A stretch of 64,000 nt of DNA from an uncultured virus (IMG/VR IMGVR_UViG_3300046001_003584) (Duplodnaviria; Heunggongvirae; Uroviricota; Caudoviricetes), in IMG/VR virus record IMGVR_UViG_3300046001_003584; one strand, 5' to 3'. How positions within the stretch are numbered: position 1 is the stretch's first letter; every line of letters begins with the position of its first letter. Below are positions 38,139-48,119 of the stretch, one piece after another. A model generated the notes under the pieces. It had not been told where the DNA came from and did no database searches. It was given only the letters and a program-made list of their open reading frames with translations. The translations under genes and the position numbers were made by a program.

Positions 38139-38750
38139 TTACATTGGAGGGGCACCAGGAGCTGCCGGAGGTGGCATGCCGCCCATTCCCATATCAACTG
38201 GTTGTTGCGGATTTTCTTCCTCGCCCTCACCATTGTCTTTATCTAAATCTTCATCGTATGAATCATCTAGTTCTTCCAGATCAATTGTTTGTCCTGCCAA
38301 GTCAATAGAACCTTCTTTAATATCGTCCAGCAAGTCTTTGGGAATCTCTATGAAAACAAACCAAACTTGTTTAGGTGCCATCTTTGGATATCTTGTCCCT
38401 GCAACATAATCTTCGTAATCTTTGACTTCTACTGGAACTTCAATTTTGCTTTTAGCAAATTTAACTTTACATCCAATTGCTACTAATCGTCTGGCACCTT
38501 TTGGATTGGGCATTAGTTTGTATGGCCACATGAATATGCAACTAACTGTATAGCGTTTTATGTCAGGACCTTGAACTAATTCACCTAGTTCCCAGTTACG
38601 GTAGGCGTATAGGTCAGATTCGTCTAGTACTCGTTCAAAGTCCAATAAGGTATTCATTGAACCATCACTAGTAAATATACCTTTTACGGTGTCTATGATG
38701 CTGACATAATCAACACCATTAAAAAAATTGTCTGCGGCTTCGTGCTTCAT
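38139..38750 (-). CDS. Hypothetical protein
   Basis: 203 aa, acidic Pro-rich C-terminus; late promoter at 38756-38763. Confidence 0.7.
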   Translation of the reverse strand: MKHEAADNFFNGVDYVSIIDTVKGIFTSDGSMNTLLDFERVLDESDLYAYRNWELGELVQGPDIKRYTVSCIFMWPYKLMPNPKGARRLVAIGCKVKFAKSKIEVPVEVKDYEDYVAGTRYPKMAPKQVWFVFIEIPKDLLDDIKEGSIDLAGQTIDLEELDDSYDEDLDKDNGEGEEENPQQPVDMGMGGMPPPAAPGAPPM

Positions 38751-38928
38751 TAATATATTTATCTTTTATTGATTAATAGCACTAATAAGAAATTACAATA
38801 GTTGAACCCTTAGCCTTATATTTAGTCTAGAAATTTGTGTTAAAAGTCTACTACATTAGTCTATTTAACCAGTTGTAAATAACTATGAGTATTATGAGAA
38901 CTCACGCTCTTATAAAGGAGAATTTACA

Positions 38929-39717
38929 TTGAGCAAACGGAAAACTAGTGCTTTACGCACAACGCAAGAAGATTCACGCTATTTAACTAGCAAAAAACAA
39001 ACAAATCAAACTTTTTATATGAAAGAATCCAAAACAATAGATTTCTCACAAGCACAAAGAACTACTAGGGTTAATAAAAGACCCGTGCAGTTGATCCCCA
39101 AATCGCTAAATCAAGAAAATTATATTATCGCATTACTAGATGAAAACACAGATATTGTTGTCGTCTCTGGCCCTGCCGGTACTGGAAAAACATATCTTGC
39201 AATCTTGGCAGCAGTTAAAGCACTTCGTGCCGGCGAATGTAAACGAATCGTTCTTACCAGGCCTGCGGTAGCCGTGGAGGATGAGGATCATGGATTCTTG
39301 CCCGGTGATTTGAATGAGAAACTGGCCCCTTGGGTAAGACCAATGGTGGATATTCTGCATGAGTATTACACGGTGAAGGAGCTTGCGGAGATGATAGCTG
39401 AACAAGTCATTGAATTCTCTCCGTTGGGCTTTATGCGTGGCCGCACATTCAAGGACTCTATCATCATTCTGGATGAGGGCCAAAACAGTCGTCCAGGCCA
39501 GTTAAAAATGTTAATGACCCGGATAGGGTCAGGAAGTAAAATTATCCTGACGGGTGATACCGAGCAGACAGACCAGCGAAAAGAAAACAATGGTCTTCTC
39601 GATTTAGTCACAAGACTTGGTCAGCACCCTGTCTCCGGTATTGTGTCATGTAAATTTGAAGTAAAAGATGTACAGCGACACCGGATAATTGAGCAAGTAC
39701 TCAAACTGTATAGTTAA
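38929..39717 (+). CDS. phoH: PhoH-like ATPase
   Basis: GPAGTGKTYLA, LTRPAV, GFLPGDL, FMRGRTF, LDEGQN, TGDTEQTD, VQRH. Confidence 0.95.
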   Translation: MSKRKTSALRTTQEDSRYLTSKKQTNQTFYMKESKTIDFSQAQRTTRVNKRPVQLIPKSLNQENYIIALLDENTDIVVVSGPAGTGKTYLAILAAVKALRAGECKRIVLTRPAVAVEDEDHGFLPGDLNEKLAPWVRPMVDILHEYYTVKELAEMIAEQVIEFSPLGFMRGRTFKDSIIILDEGQNSRPGQLKMLMTRIGSGSKIILTGDTEQTDQRKENNGLLDLVTRLGQHPVSGIVSCKFEVKDVQRHRIIEQVLKLYS

Positions 39718-39742
39718 AAAAGAGGGCTTAAGCCCTCTTTTT
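39716..39742. terminator. Bidirectional terminator between convergent genes
   Basis: A-run-AGAGGGC-TTAA-GCCCTCT-T-run. Confidence 0.9.
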
Positions 39743-40010
39743 ATTTCTTCTTAACTTCGCTTTCAGTATTATTCTTTTCTAATTGATCAACTAATGCCGG
39801 GTAAATACGCTTATAGTATTCATTTAGTTTATTCCAGTCTGTATCCACAGTCTTTCCTTCAACTACGCATTTTTCAACTTTCTTCTTACCAAAATCCATA
39901 ATGACATTACATGTTTGAATGTCTGCTGGTCGCAAGCGTTTGCTAATAGACACCTGTTCGTCAATTTGGCCATTAGGTTTCCTCAAGAATTGGATAAGTA
40001 AATATTTCAT
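39741..40010 (-). CDS. Hypothetical protein
   Basis: ATGA overlap with the clamp loader gene. Confidence 0.7.
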   Translation of the reverse strand: MKYLLIQFLRKPNGQIDEQVSISKRLRPADIQTCNVIMDFGKKKVEKCVVEGKTVDTDWNKLNEYYKRIYPALVDQLEKNNTESEVKKK

Positions 40011-40933
40011 GCCGTCAACTCCACAATTGAGGCCGCTATTGCTATTTCAGGAATCCCTACTAAGGGCAATGTTGCCAAACCATTGCGAATGATAATGATA
40101 CTTGCATCACGCTTTTCTTGTGTCTTTCCCCACAAATCTAAGTTAGAGTAAGCCCAAGTATAAATTTCTTCAACTCGGGTCGGGTACAATGCAGTGTACT
40201 GCATAAGTTGCTGACGACCCTCAAGAATCTTGCCAGCTTTGAACAATGTAGTTGCTTCTATTAGAAGCTCATGTTCGCTATTACCCTGTGATTGCGGAGG
40301 CAATAGTTTACCGGTGCTTGAATTAACTTGTAGTTGATTCAAACATTTACGCAAGTCTGGGTATGCTACACGAACATAACTGTCCAATGTATCTAAATCA
40401 AACTCAATACCTTCTGTCAATAAAACAGTTGCTGCCCTTGCTGTATATTCTGTACGATCGGGTTTAGCAATATGAAACTTATGGCAACGACTTTCACGCA
40501 ATGCTGGAATGATTTTGTGTTCATAGTTACAAGTAAGAATAAATCTCACTGTATCAGCATATGCTTCCATATCGTTACGCAATGCTGCTTGAAACTCTGG
40601 GCTAGTGTAATCGGCCTCATCAAGTAGGATTACCTTAAACTTACCGAATGGCATGGTTTGTGCAAATCCATTAATCTTATCACGCACGATTGCTACGCCA
40701 TTTTCACGACTAGCATTGATTTCCATTACATCATAATCTTCCACACCAAGTTCATGGATCAATACTTTAGCAAGAGTAGTCTTACCAGTACCCGGGTCGC
40801 CGCTTAACAATAGATGCGGAATGCTACCATTAGCTATCCAACCTTCTACCTGTTGTTTTTGTCGTTCATCCACAAAAACATAATCTTTAACAGATTTGGG
40901 ACGATAACGCTCAACCCAAAGTTGATTTTTCAT
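40007..40933 (-). CDS. Clamp loader ATPase (gp44 / RFC small subunit-like)
   Basis: LWVERYRP, GDPGTGKTT, EINAS, LDEAD, FILTCN, SRC. Confidence 0.93.
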   Translation of the reverse strand: MKNQLWVERYRPKSVKDYVFVDERQKQQVEGWIANGSIPHLLLSGDPGTGKTTLAKVLIHELGVEDYDVMEINASRENGVAIVRDKINGFAQTMPFGKFKVILLDEADYTSPEFQAALRNDMEAYADTVRFILTCNYEHKIIPALRESRCHKFHIAKPDRTEYTARAATVLLTEGIEFDLDTLDSYVRVAYPDLRKCLNQLQVNSSTGKLLPPQSQGNSEHELLIEATTLFKAGKILEGRQQLMQYTALYPTRVEEIYTWAYSNLDLWGKTQEKRDASIIIIRNGLATLPLVGIPEIAIAASIVELTA

Positions 40934-41214
40934 TTTCTAAGCATCTCAAGTGTTATGATGTGGGCGATACTTTGACCCAAGTCTTGTTCACTGGGAATGA
41001 TATGTAATGTGGAATCGCGTTCTTCGGTTCTGTCATTATACGAAACATATTCCATTACATATCCTCCGTTAGCAGAGTAGATAGTAAAGTTCATTCCATT
41101 TCGGTCAAATCTACGCCTTCTAACTGAGCCGACCGTCGATTCTTCCACTCTAGAAGCATTTTCCCAATCTTCACTGGCCCAGTTGTGAATCTTTTTCTTA
41201 AACCATTTTATCAT
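40930..41214 (-). CDS. Hypothetical protein
   Basis: Operon packing. Confidence 0.65.
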   Translation of the reverse strand: MIKWFKKKIHNWASEDWENASRVEESTVGSVRRRRFDRNGMNFTIYSANGGYVMEYVSYNDRTEERDSTLHIIPSEQDLGQSIAHIITLEMLRK

Positions 41215-41603
41215 TAGTACACCATTTCGCTTAATGTTGAATCCGATACTTCTTCATCTGACATCATTAGTATATCATCAGCGTCAACTCTACGCAATGT
41301 TTTCTTACCCGTTTCATCTTCTATCTCAATTCCACGAGTCCAGCGTCCATGACTGACACAAACCCATTTACCTTCAACAATGTCAGTATCTTTGTTTTCT
41401 GAACCCACAGCATATATCTTTCCCCAGCGAGGCCTGATACCTGCACTTTTCATATCATCATTGGGCAATAGAATACCGCCATGTGTAATGCGTTGGTCAA
41501 AACTCATATCACATACGATAATATGTGCGCCAATTGGGTTGAACTGGCTTTTATTGAATTTATGTGGAGCAAATGCTAATTTTTTTGGTTCGGTGTGTGT
41601 CAT
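41214..41603 (-). CDS. groES: GroES / gp31-like co-chaperonin
   Basis: Start MTHTEP; PIGAHIIV, THGGILLP, GKIYAVG, DDILM. Confidence 0.75.
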   Translation of the reverse strand: MTHTEPKKLAFAPHKFNKSQFNPIGAHIIVCDMSFDQRITHGGILLPNDDMKSAGIRPRWGKIYAVGSENKDTDIVEGKWVCVSHGRWTRGIEIEDETGKKTLRRVDADDILMMSDEEVSDSTLSEMVY

Positions 41604-41604
41604 G

Positions 41605-41976
41605 TTATTTCTTCTTTGTTGCTTTCTTGATTTCTTCTTCTTTGATTTTTTCAATCGCCAAATCATCTTCAATTGATTCATCTAACTCAAATTCTTCTGG
41701 GTGGAGTTCAGCAACGGCTATTTTTGCTGGTGTGGGAACATCCGGTTGTATTCTACTTTGTGGCTTGCTTGCGTTTGCTGAACGATTTCCCACTGTTTTA
41801 GCATAAGCATTGTTTACTTTAGCAGTTGCGGGTTGAATTATTCTACCCATTGAATCAATGGTGTCACCTCGTGCGTTAAGATTTTTGACATTCCCCACGG
41901 CTCTGACTTTTTCATTTTTTGCTACAATAGCTGACATGTCAACGGTTTTACCCATTGCGGATCTGTATGTGGCCAT
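41605..41976 (-). CDS. Hypothetical protein
   Basis: AGGAG Shine-Dalgarno; YRSAMGKTVDM...AVGN..NARGD. Confidence 0.7.
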   Translation of the reverse strand: MATYRSAMGKTVDMSAIVAKNEKVRAVGNVKNLNARGDTIDSMGRIIQPATAKVNNAYAKTVGNRSANASKPQSRIQPDVPTPAKIAVAELHPEEFELDESIEDDLAIEKIKEEEIKKATKKK

Positions 41977-42049
41977 TTTATCTCCTTTTAGTTAGTAATA
42001 TTTAATCTTCTGCTAGTATGCCTTAATTTTTACTCAGTATTCCAATTAC

Positions 42050-42559
42050 TCACCTTAGAAATTCATCAATTGATAATTGGTAAAAAAGACTGTTAATTCT
42101 GTGAATCCCTATCAAAAACAACACAAAACTAGCCACACTACTACCTCTGCCCACTCCCCAAACTATGTTATTACTACGCATAGTATCAACAAGATATTTT
42201 AAGTATTGTAGTAATGAAAACATATTCCTATCATGGAATTTTAATAGTTCATCACCTGCTCGTTGCAGTTCTTCTTCGGTTTTGCATTGAGCTAATACCC
42301 ATTTAGCAATATCCATTTCATAATATTCTTTGGGCATTTGCCATTGTGATTGATTTTGACTATCAAATTCTTTTACTGATAAATTAGATTTAACATACTC
42401 TATTAGAACGGGTAAGTTTTCATTTGAAAGAAATATGGTACCCAGAGTTATCTTTTCATCTACCAAACAATCTTTTATAGTGCGGGTAGAATCACGCATA
42501 TACAAATCACACAGGTCATTTTCTGTGAGGATTATTTGATCGTATATGTCGGTTCTCAT
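42050..42559 (-). CDS. Stand-alone fragment homologous to part of the DNA polymerase III alpha (DnaE) palm region
   Basis: QRAGDEL...YLVDTMRSNNIVWGVGRGSSVASFVLFLIGIHRINS...EFL. Confidence 0.8.
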   Translation of the reverse strand: MRTDIYDQIILTENDLCDLYMRDSTRTIKDCLVDEKITLGTIFLSNENLPVLIEYVKSNLSVKEFDSQNQSQWQMPKEYYEMDIAKWVLAQCKTEEELQRAGDELLKFHDRNMFSLLQYLKYLVDTMRSNNIVWGVGRGSSVASFVLFLIGIHRINSLFYQLSIDEFLR

Positions 42560-42597
42560 CTATGTATTTTAACATAGACCAATAGATAAATCAACAC

Positions 42598-43200
42598 TTA
42601 TGGTTGTTTATGGTAGTCATTGTTGAAAATAATTTCAGTAGAGGTATGTTCTTTTTGTTCCCAATCCAAACTAACTCCGGCCCAATCATTATGATGTTTT
42701 ATCAATCTAACTATTTTATCTTTTTTATTAGATTTGGATAAATCAGATATAGAAGTGGAAGCACATTCCCACCAGCCCTTGTTACCAAAAGGGTGATTAG
42801 CTACAGTTTCTACATCATAAATAAATTTAACATCATCACTTAATCCAGAAATAAGTGATATATCAGTTATATGTAATTTACCTTCTGTTATGGCGTTTAG
42901 TTTCAACAATAGCAGAATGGTTATGATCTGATCATACGGCTCGTCCGGAAGAGTACAAACTTTGATATCAGCTTGTAGATACTTCTCAATCGCTTTTTTT
43001 TCTGAATCTTGCACAAAAATACTATTGCCCAAACAGTTATGTAAGAAGTAATGTATCCGGTCCATTGCTATATTTTGTTCTTTAATAGATGCTGTATCAA
43101 CTTCCATGCTCAATGAAAGTTCATATATGTTCATTAAGAACTCCCCTTCAAAATAAACAGCAGCTTGGAATGCAAATTCACGTTCAATTCTTGTTGCCAA
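42598..43200 (-). CDS. Hypothetical protein
   Basis: 200-aa ORF; GGCG/AGAGG upstream. Confidence 0.65.
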   Translation of the reverse strand: MATRIEREFAFQAAVYFEGEFLMNIYELSLSMEVDTASIKEQNIAMDRIHYFLHNCLGNSIFVQDSEKKAIEKYLQADIKVCTLPDEPYDQIITILLLLKLNAITEGKLHITDISLISGLSDDVKFIYDVETVANHPFGNKGWWECASTSISDLSKSNKKDKIVRLIKHHNDWAGVSLDWEQKEHTSTEIIFNNDYHKQP

Positions 43201-43441
43201 TTTCGCCCTCTTTCTGAATAGAAACTTGATTATGCAGGTTTTGTTTTTTCATTACCTCATCAAGTTTTTTATTTGCTTCGTTGCGATAACTTTCAACCAC
43301 CATTTCAAGTTGATTGATTAGTGGTCTATTACCCATTCGGTGAGCAAAAGTAAGTTTATTCATCAGCCCGGTTAGGGTAGCTTGAATTTCCTCTAGTGTC
43401 TTTTCAGACAGTGTTTTTCTATCTAAGAATGGATGTTCCAT
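43184..43441 (-). CDS. Hypothetical coiled protein
   Basis: MEHPF start directly after AATAAATA. Confidence 0.65.
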   Translation of the reverse strand: MEHPFLDRKTLSEKTLEEIQATLTGLMNKLTFAHRMGNRPLINQLEMVVESYRNEANKKLDEVMKKQNLHNQVSIQKEGEIGNKN

Positions 43442-43452
43442 TCAAATATTTA

Positions 43453-44724
43453 TTACCACGGCGACAGTACAATTTTTTTCCAAATATCATTACCAACATA
43501 ATAAGTAGCACTAGTTGCTACTATATTTGAAGTTAATGCAACTACTGTTCCCGCCACACCGTTTGTCCTAGATTGACTTACTGTGATATTTGGGCTAGCA
43601 ACAGTTTTGATATAATATACTGTATTAGAAATCAATCCACCCATATTAGCAGTAAAGATAATTGGTGAGTTTACTGCACTAGTTATACTTGACAAATTAC
43701 CCGACAGTGTAATCACATTGCCACTCGAAAATGTGTTTGTTACACTAGTTGCACACGCAGTAGAATTATATGTGTCAGTTGCTATATAAACGTATGATGT
43801 TGGGTTAGCAAGCATTGAAGTACCAGATGCATTTGCTCCAATAGCAATATTAGCACCACCAATAGATGATGACACTGTAAATGTAGTGCTTGACACTACA
43901 TTTCTTACATAATATGTTGTGCCCACCACTATATTACCTGCAAGTGAAGTACCGGTGAATACGATTGGCAAATCAGTATAAAGTTGTGTAGTGTTCCCGG
44001 AAGTCGTAAGATACGGGTCTGTATTAGCCCCAGTGATAGTTAATTGATTAACCGAAGAACCAACTGCAATATCTCCGTTTACGTCACCTTGAAATCCAGT
44101 AGGAGGAACAAGACGTTGTTGAATTTGTGTAGACTGAATTGGTCTATTAGTTGCGGAAATAGACAATGTAGTACCACAATCAACTGTACTTATTAAATAA
44201 TTAAGTTGAGTTACCCCATATGGAACAGTGACCGATGTATTTCCATTTATATTTGAATAATTTTCAAGTGTAGTTGCTCCCAATGTTACATTTGACGGGA
44301 AAGTAATAGTAGAAAGGGTATTAGATATTGATAGATTTAATTGAACATTACTTTGCGTGCCGGCTGGTGCCCAACTACCAAAATTGATTGTAGTATTTGC
44401 TGCTATTGTTCCATACTGAACATCTGCTAATGAAGTATTTACTAGAACAGTACCTGATAATGCGTTGCCTAAATTATAAGTGGTTGCTCTGAAACTGCGT
44501 GTACTTGCGTTGCTGATAAGCGTGTTGGCCATATCATTGTTAATAGTAGTACCTATTAAAGCCTGCTTAACTACTACTTTATTTTGCAGGTCAGTTATTT
44601 CTGTTCCGGCAGCATTAAGATTGGTTACAATAGATGCAAAATTATCTCTGAATCCTTGACTGTTGTTGTTAACACCCGGGACAGGATAATTTACATTAAT
44701 TGGATTTGTGTTGATTGTACTCAT
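43453..44724 (-). CDS. Virion structural protein (tail/baseplate fibre-like)
   Basis: YPVPGVNNNSQGFRDNF N-terminus; T/S/N-rich beta repeats (TTYYVRNV, TVYYIKTV). Confidence 0.7.
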   Translation of the reverse strand: MSTINTNPINVNYPVPGVNNNSQGFRDNFASIVTNLNAAGTEITDLQNKVVVKQALIGTTINNDMANTLISNASTRSFRATTYNLGNALSGTVLVNTSLADVQYGTIAANTTINFGSWAPAGTQSNVQLNLSISNTLSTITFPSNVTLGATTLENYSNINGNTSVTVPYGVTQLNYLISTVDCGTTLSISATNRPIQSTQIQQRLVPPTGFQGDVNGDIAVGSSVNQLTITGANTDPYLTTSGNTTQLYTDLPIVFTGTSLAGNIVVGTTYYVRNVVSSTTFTVSSSIGGANIAIGANASGTSMLANPTSYVYIATDTYNSTACATSVTNTFSSGNVITLSGNLSSITSAVNSPIIFTANMGGLISNTVYYIKTVASPNITVSQSRTNGVAGTVVALTSNIVATSATYYVGNDIWKKIVLSPW

Positions 44725-44746
44725 TGTTTTATTCCGTTATATATAT

Positions 44747-47224
44747 TTAGTATTGAGTTTCATCTGGTAAAATAGTTGCACGAGGGAACAATACAAAGAA
44801 ATCTTGACTATTGATTGGGTTTGGTACTGGAGTAGCACTAGGTAAACTAGACCATGCAGGTGGATTAAAATCATTTTCCCAATTATAAGTAGTACTCTTA
44901 TCTACTGTAAATCTATCTATATTGAAATTAATCTGATTAAGAGTATATGGCCAGTTAGTTTCTATATTCGTTTTAATAGTTTCAGCTTGGCCTGGTTTTG
45001 TATAGCATATTACCCATGCTTGAGTATAGCCCAAAGTACTACCATTTGTTTGTTGACTAGTCATCCATACTGGCAATAGTGTGCTGTTTAATACTTGTCC
45101 CAGGATATCAGCTACTCTATTACGCATGTTAAATAAACTGTTAGGGTATAGCGTTCTAGCATATCCGGAAGTCAAACTAGTAAAGTATTGTTGATTTAAC
45201 AATTCAACATAGCTAGTGAATATATCGGTTACACTTGTGTACCAAGGTCCCAAATGTAAATCAATTGGAGTTGGCCAATATATACTACTAGGAACACTAA
45301 CCCCTTGGGGATTTATCAAATTATCAATTACTTCACTGTATACTACTTCATAAATTATATTATTATTGTTATCTCTTGCAATAGCAGTTTTTAGCTCACC
45401 TAAAGTGATATTTCTCCAGTAATGATTTTGTGTGACTGATGCTATATATTCTTGTAGACCACTTGCATATATACCATATGCATGGTCGTATATGACATTG
45501 GTTGCTTTTCCAAAATTAACATCATCTGATCTGTATAATAATTCAGTAGGTATTAGTGCTTCACTGTCTAACAATGTTCGTAGTATATTTCTATCGTTAA
45601 TGCTAGGGGCCGCTTGAATATATAATATATCAGTAGGTTGCCCATATTCTTGATATACATTTACGGTAAATGTTTTGCTAGATTCTACAATAGCAAAGTT
45701 TGACGAGTATGCTTGAATTGTAAATGTAAAAGCAGTTTGTTCACCAACATTTAAAAAAGTATTTGTTGGTTGACTAGCTACAATACCTGTTATTTCACCG
45801 CTGGGTAATAATGTTAAATTCGGAGGTAAACTACCTGAAGTTAATCTATACTCTAATGGGGTGTCCGAAACTGCAAGGACTTTTAATATGCTAAGAGTGT
45901 CGTTATATATTGTACCTAAATCTTGTAGTGTGACCCAAGATATTGTACCAGTGATATCCAAACTTAGATTGAATGCAAAATTAAACACCGGAGACACTAT
46001 TCCAGTATTACCTGCTCTTACTACTTGTGCAGTAAAACTATAGTTATTAATACCCGGTGATGACAAAATAGGAGTTCCTGTTATCCAACCTGTGGTAGAA
46101 TCATGTGCTATTCCCTGCGGCAATCCAGAAACATAATAATTAATATCGTTGCCATCAAACTCATATCCAATTAATTTGAAAGCAAAGTAGTTATCACTTA
46201 AAAATGTACCTAATTGAGCATTCGTTGAAGTTGCTATCGGTGGCAATAAATAATAACCATAATACGGATCACTATCATTTACTGTAATTGTCAATGGTCT
46301 AGTATTTAATAAAGTGGGCTGTCTTGTGTTAGGTGGGTTTCCAGGACCACCTTGACTTACAGGGGTGTTTTGATTTAAAACTGTAATTGAATAAGAAGCA
46401 GTTGCGTTACCCAAAGCACTTACTAGTGCCAATACAAAATTGTAAGTTCTAATTATAGGTTGACCGGTAGAAATTGCAGGTAATGTAATATTCATCCCTC
46501 CTGCATCTTCACTCAATACAAAAGTACTTCCATTTTGGGTGGTAGATATAGTAAATGCAGTGTTAGTCGTATCAATAGTTTTTATATAATATGTTTGTCC
46601 TGCGATTATTCCACCTATAGGATCGGTAAATGTCACCGGTCTTCCAATAGTTATACCTATAATTGATAAACAATAAATCAACGATGTAGATGATGTATTT
46701 AAACTAAATGCGGTTACTAAGGGTAATGTAACTATTGTTGTTGGTGGTTGTGGATAGCCCTGTATCAACCCTGATGTAGAAATTTCAAGACCCGGAGGCA
46801 ATAGCCCCTGTTGTAACTCTATTAATACTATATTGTTTGGAACAGGATTAGAATATTCTATTTGTATCTGTGTCCAAACACTATCTTGGGTAGTTAATAT
46901 TACCCCACTTGGTGTAGTAATCTGTGGTGTAACAGCACCAGTAATCAACATACTAAATGTTCTATCACGGATATTATTTAAATTATCTGTTGCTCTTACA
47001 GTGAATATAGTTAGTGTGTCAGATGTTACTATTGCAGGAATCCCGGATAATACACCGGTATTAGTGTTTAGTACTATTGCGTTAGGTAATGATCCTGCTA
47101 AAACTTGATAGCTTACACTAGTAGCGGGGGCAACTGGTGTTGCCAATAATACATATGAAGTTGCATATCCATATGGATAACTTCCTATAGAGCCAGCAGG
47201 GGTATTCCAAATAGGCTGTGACAT
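44747..47224 (-). CDS. Baseplate/tail protein with putative Ig-like repeats
   Basis: Repeated GSLP..L.L...G.I.G.P...F.V.A motifs. Confidence 0.7.
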   Translation of the reverse strand: MSQPIWNTPAGSIGSYPYGYATSYVLLATPVAPATSVSYQVLAGSLPNAIVLNTNTGVLSGIPAIVTSDTLTIFTVRATDNLNNIRDRTFSMLITGAVTPQITTPSGVILTTQDSVWTQIQIEYSNPVPNNIVLIELQQGLLPPGLEISTSGLIQGYPQPPTTIVTLPLVTAFSLNTSSTSLIYCLSIIGITIGRPVTFTDPIGGIIAGQTYYIKTIDTTNTAFTISTTQNGSTFVLSEDAGGMNITLPAISTGQPIIRTYNFVLALVSALGNATASYSITVLNQNTPVSQGGPGNPPNTRQPTLLNTRPLTITVNDSDPYYGYYLLPPIATSTNAQLGTFLSDNYFAFKLIGYEFDGNDINYYVSGLPQGIAHDSTTGWITGTPILSSPGINNYSFTAQVVRAGNTGIVSPVFNFAFNLSLDITGTISWVTLQDLGTIYNDTLSILKVLAVSDTPLEYRLTSGSLPPNLTLLPSGEITGIVASQPTNTFLNVGEQTAFTFTIQAYSSNFAIVESSKTFTVNVYQEYGQPTDILYIQAAPSINDRNILRTLLDSEALIPTELLYRSDDVNFGKATNVIYDHAYGIYASGLQEYIASVTQNHYWRNITLGELKTAIARDNNNNIIYEVVYSEVIDNLINPQGVSVPSSIYWPTPIDLHLGPWYTSVTDIFTSYVELLNQQYFTSLTSGYARTLYPNSLFNMRNRVADILGQVLNSTLLPVWMTSQQTNGSTLGYTQAWVICYTKPGQAETIKTNIETNWPYTLNQINFNIDRFTVDKSTTYNWENDFNPPAWSSLPSATPVPNPINSQDFFVLFPRATILPDETQY

Positions 47225-47225
47225 A

Positions 47226-47846
47226 TTATGCTGTTAAGTAATGCATCGCTAATTCAAAGTGATGTTTTCTATCTGCTAACCCAATAGTACCACCGTTGAT
47301 ACGTTTAGTTAATGTAACAAAATCTCCACTATCACAATATTGATTTAATTTGTTATTTTCCCAGAACCATCCTGCACTTGCTACTGCACCGTTTGGTGTC
47401 TCTAAGTAAGCAACAGTATCTTCTAAACTCATACCCAAATCGTTGGCAAATTTAGTATAATTATCACGACCAGTTAATTGAATAAGTCCACGCCCGCGGA
47501 ATTTATATCCATCACCGCTTGATTCATCCCCGTTTTTCATTCGGTTAGCATAAACACGATTAGCAATCTTTTCTGGCTTTTTTGCATATTGATTTGCCAT
47601 GTCATCATTGGTAAAATATTTACCAAATGTACTGCGTAGTCCATTAGAACTATAATTTAGATTTTCTTTAATGAAGTTATAACCACCGGATTCGTGTGCA
47701 GTTTGTGCTAGAAAGCCAGCCAATCTTGCTGGATTCACATTCATTTCATAGTATTCAGCCACGGTGTTAAGTGGTTCAATATATCCCTCAAGAATACTTG
47801 ATTTTGTGTGCGGACATATCTGCGTTAATAAATCTAAAGTTACCAT
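47226..47846 (-). CDS. GH19 endolysin
   Basis: Start MVTLDLL; AGFLAQTAHESGG, ENLNYS, IANRVYANR, FRGRGLIQLTG, TKRINGG. Confidence 0.92.
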   Translation of the reverse strand: MVTLDLLTQICPHTKSSILEGYIEPLNTVAEYYEMNVNPARLAGFLAQTAHESGGYNFIKENLNYSSNGLRSTFGKYFTNDDMANQYAKKPEKIANRVYANRMKNGDESSGDGYKFRGRGLIQLTGRDNYTKFANDLGMSLEDTVAYLETPNGAVASAGWFWENNKLNQYCDSGDFVTLTKRINGGTIGLADRKHHFELAMHYLTA

Positions 47847-47975
47847 TTTTTTTCCTAATATGCGTATGCCTACCAGAATCTGCTTATGTCGCCGTAACCG
47901 ACTACACAAGACTGTGGGGTGCTGCCCTCTGCTAGAAGGCCGAAAACCCCACGGTTTTTGATTTCAGGTAATTTT

Positions 47976-48119
47976 TTACTCCGCGGGTACAGATGCGTCC
48001 TTGGCTTGCTCTTGGATCCCCTGAATCAATACAACAACGTCTTGGTAGGGGCGTGTGGCCAGATACTGCAAGATGCCGTTGATCAAGTTTAAAGATAGTT
48101 CAATTTTTTTGTCGTTCAT
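47976..48119 (-). CDS. 47-aa protein downstream of the tail fibre (not in ORF track)
   Basis: MNDKKIELSLNLINGILQYLATRPYQDVVVLIQGIQEQAKDASVPAE*. Confidence 0.65.
   Translation of the reverse strand: MNDKKIELSLNLINGILQYLATRPYQDVVVLIQGIQEQAKDASVPAE

Noticed and set aside
47912..47956. Hammerhead ribozyme (CTGCTAGA...CGAAA)
   Set aside because: The core is not CUGAnGA and the required three-stem junction is not formed; a simple long hairpin explains it.
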